Assembly (NCBI GenBank): GCA_964035545.1
Contig: OZ037768.1
Span: 8,588,741-8,652,740, forward strand
Source of the DNA: Bugula neritina
Taxonomy: Eukaryota; Animalia; Bryozoa
Reading direction: 5' to 3'
Length of the DNA: 64,000 nt
Position 1 is the stretch's first letter. Every line of letters starts with the position of its first letter. The notes below the pieces were generated by a model. That model ran no database searches. It was not told the origin of the DNA and saw only the letters and a list, made by a program, of their open reading frames with translations. Positions 60,600 to 64,000 of this stretch are shown here, piece by piece. The position numbers and the translations under genes are program-made.

Positions 60600-60970
60600 A
60601 GACTGCGCTATTCGGAAAAAGTAAAAAAAATCCGTCTCAAAAGTCCACCCGAAATTTTTTGAGACATCATTATCATTTGTATATTGCTTTCGGATATGAA
60701 GTGACGAGTTGATACAGTCGACCGCACTGCTCTTTTATCAAATCAAATCGCAGCTTCACTGGTGACCAATTACCTTGACCCGATTTCAGTTCCGTTTACG
60801 CATGCGCAAAGTCAACACACAATATCTCGACAAACTCAGAAGTTTAATAGCTGGAATATTCTCAGTAAATTTCAAATATATATTGAGGCAGGGTTAATAT
60901 CACTTTCAAAATAGTGACAAAATTTTTCTGTACCACCGTGGAACAGTTTGTCACTAATTTAAGAGGTAAG
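60600..60970. promoter_or_regulatory. Likely bidirectional promoter between STIMATE and the next + strand gene
   Basis: CpG-enriched patch with NRF1-like ACGCATGCGCA at 60798-60808, a minus-strand donor AAG/GTAATT at 60773, and a plus-strand donor GAG/GTAAGT at 60966. Confidence 0.5.
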
Positions 60971-63181
60971 TGCAAAACCATCGAGGTGGAAAAAATATAT
61001 TTATGGTGGTGGTATTTGCATCTGGAAATTTTTAATTTGAGTCGAAGATGGAGAATTGAGTTGTTTGCGTGCGCATGGTGTGTGTACTTTTATTATACGA
61101 AGTTGTCTTCACAAAAGTTTCTTAATGCTGTTATGTAATGATATATGAGCGGTGAGAATCTCAATGTCAATGATCAAACTACAATATTTTTTGCGGAATT
61201 CAACTAATAGTGAAAGACTTGCATTCTGGTGCTAATAAATTTAAACATCGTCATAAAGTAACGTATTCATGTTGATGTTATGATTATCACAAGGTGCTAC
61301 TGCTACTGCTAGGTTGTGCAACCATTTTCATTTTAAATATTTCAATACCGTACACTGAAAGTGAATACAGATACGAGATCATTGACAATATTTAGTGAGT
61401 TTGTTGATCAGCTTATAGTAATAAGGACTATTAGTAATAGTAATACGACTTGAAGTTGGTATAACAGCAATTAAAGTAAAGTGCATTACATTCAACTGTT
61501 TGTATTTTATGCGCTGTCCAAATCAGCTAAATTAAATCAACACAGCCCAAAAGTAAATCCGTACTTGTTTAATTTTAGTGTTACTGTTTAAATATAATTA
61601 TAATTATGTTATTTTGTGTTACTGTTTATCGTAATAAAGTGACAATGGCAATCGCAATGCCCAAGGCTAACTTCTAGTTATCAACCTTAATATAATTTTC
61701 TTGGCTCACTTTCAATTTGACTTAGCAGTTAGAACCTTTTTGGCTTTTTTATACACCAAGTTTAATAGCCTACCCAATTAATGTTATAAGTTAGAAATCA
61801 AGAGGAAGATTGAAGATGTGAAGATCTTCTTAATTGTATATTTTATAATTTTATAATTTTATTTTATTATGGTAAAATTACTATAGCATACCTTTTTGGC
61901 ATAAACATTGATTTTTACATTGTCAAGTTTTTGAGCTACAATATTGTTAATATTATAAAAGGAGTTTTAAATTTGCCTGCATGTCTCAACTTGCAGCATG
62001 TCACAGTATTTTAACATTTTCCTGGTAACTTATATTTCTGAATTATGTAGCTGATACTGTTAGCCCTATTTCTAAACAGTTTATATTGACAGAAAACAGA
62101 AAAAATATGTGCTATGTTTGCAGTTTCAGCAAGTACTTTGGTATATTAATTATTTATAAATTGTAAAACATTGTTGAAACAAATGTTCATTTTGAGTTTT
62201 CTATATTTTTTGCTGTCATTTTGCCTAATTACTTTTTTCAGTTGCAAGTTATTTACCAAGTAAACTTAAAAGGAGAGTGACAAAAAATTTATGCCATTAC
62301 ATATTATTATGCTTGTTTGTACAGTCTGATTTATTGATATTAATTAAGCCATTTTTTTAACAGTACTCAACAAGAAAAGGTGCTTCGCCATTACTATTGA
62401 AGCCAACAGCCTTTAACATCTATAATAGCAGTTATAACTTTTTATCCATGTATTGACTTTTTGATTCCAATTATTAATGTTGCTCTGCTCGGTAATAACC
62501 AGCTATAGCCTATTTTGTGCATTAATTAACAACTGATTAGATAACTCTTACTTTAGCCTGCCTTTTTTTATAATTAATTTTTTATTTAAACCAAGAGATC
62601 TTCCTACATGCTCTCTTATCTTTATGGCGTTTGCAACCATTTTCATTCTGAGTATTTCTTTTTGAGATAGAAACAAATAATTAGTCTTTAAAATTGTTAA
62701 TTTTTAAAACATTTTTTTAATCGATTAAATTACTAATTTATATTCAAAGATCTATACTTATCTGCATTAACTTAAAACACCCTCCCTTAAGCTGATCTAC
62801 ATTAAAAAGTTAATGTGAATATGCCTATTACTTTGATTAATAGATTGTTTCAGTTATGTTGCATTCCTTGTACTGAAGCACCTAGGTGTTGACCATTGTA
62901 TATTACTGCCAGTCTTGGGAACTTGTAGTTTTAAAAAAAAATTGTGTTAAAATTGATTTTTCAAGTAGTATGCTAAATATCATAAATTAAACATTTATGA
63001 TTCACAAAACACACTTTTACTTTTTAAATTAGACTTATTAAAACTTTTTCCACATTGAGTAGTTATTACTGGTAGTAACTTGATAATGCTATAACTGATA
63101 GACTAATTGATGCGAGTGATACAAATAATAATACAAAGTGTGTTGTAGGACATGTTGAAAGTGTAGTTGAGTACATTTAAC

Positions 63182-63959
63182 ATGGATCAAAGAAGGATGG
63201 AGATGCGGAACCCAGTAGGCACCGTTTCTTCTCTTACTTCAACTGGAAGTGCAGTGTTTCCAGGTAAGAGATATCCCATGTGCAAACTCATTTACATTTT
63301 CAAGAAATGAAAATGATAATTAAATGACACGGTTGCCAAATTTTGAACATGTTTTGTGCTGATGATTTACTGCGTCAGTATTTTGGTTACATAAAGTAAT
63401 GAAATTATTAATTTTTCTTGTAGATTTACAAGACTACACTTCTCTTTACAACTACCCAGACAATAATGAGCCGGTCAACCTGAGTAATAATAGTCTGTCA
63501 GTTGGGGAGACAACTACCCAGCGTTCTTCCATCCCAAGTCTGCAGGTTGCCGGAGAGAACACTTCTCATTTACACTCATCTAGTCAGCCACCCCCTCACT
63601 CTGGTGAACGTGCTGGTGCCAAGAATACTAGTCATGTTACAGCGTCAACTGCCAGTCGAAATATTAGCTCTTCAACGCCGTTACGCCAAGGCTCCAGTAG
63701 GCCACAGGTTACAGCGTATCCAGTATTGCTGCCCCACCCACCCCCTCTGAAACAGCAATCTCAGTCAGTCCATCAGCAGCTGCATGCTCCTATTCACCAA
63801 CATCCTGCACCTGTCCTGCTGCCACAAACTTCCTCTGCCTCAATTGTATATAGTAAACCGAGCTTTTACCCAGGCCACACTGTTTCCTCTTCTCCAGCCA
63901 TACAAGCAGCTTTGAACCAACCAGTAGTCCACAGGGAAAACAGTGCCAAACACGCAGAG
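63182..63959 (+). CDS. 5' part of an unidentified gene with an S/P/Q/H-rich N-terminus, probably continuing beyond the window
   Basis: Exon 63182-63263 (ATG to CAG/GTAAGA, phase 1) joins the acceptor at 63424 in frame with the 195-aa ORF. Probable donor GAG/GTATTC at 63960; otherwise a stop at 63984-63986. No domain recognised. Confidence 0.7.
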
Positions 63960-64000
63960 GTATTCCAACGTCCACATTTAGTTTAAAAACTAAAATGAGT

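Overview
AT-rich, intron-dense animal genomic DNA. An intronic mir-71/mir-2 cluster indicates a protostome, probably a lophotrochozoan; the species cannot be determined from this window. Manual GT-AG, phase-consistent exon assembly gives these genes in order: RSPRY1 (+, 14 coding exons), PPP4R1 (+, 21), NFX1 (-, 19), a BTB-BACK-Kelch gene (+, 10), STIMATE/TMEM110 (-, 7), and the first two coding exons of an unidentified + strand gene. RSPRY1 introns host an intron-containing tRNA-Tyr(GTA) that abuts a splice acceptor, a complete 8-exon antisense nested gene of unknown family, and an orphan hairpin with a miR-2 seed. PPP4R1 introns host mir-71, two mir-2 hairpins, further candidate hairpins, and a sequence with a complete type I hammerhead ribozyme core. 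Mobile elements include a MITE, a decayed R4/Dong-like RT, and two convergent LINE RT fragments flanking the likely first exon of the Kelch gene. Unexplained recurring patterns are hexamer-periodic AT-rich tracts beside every inferred promoter, three tandem duplications that copy a splice site, and a perfect 65-bp palindrome. All homology calls come from recalled family motifs and all RNA folds were paired by eye; no searches or folding programs were run.
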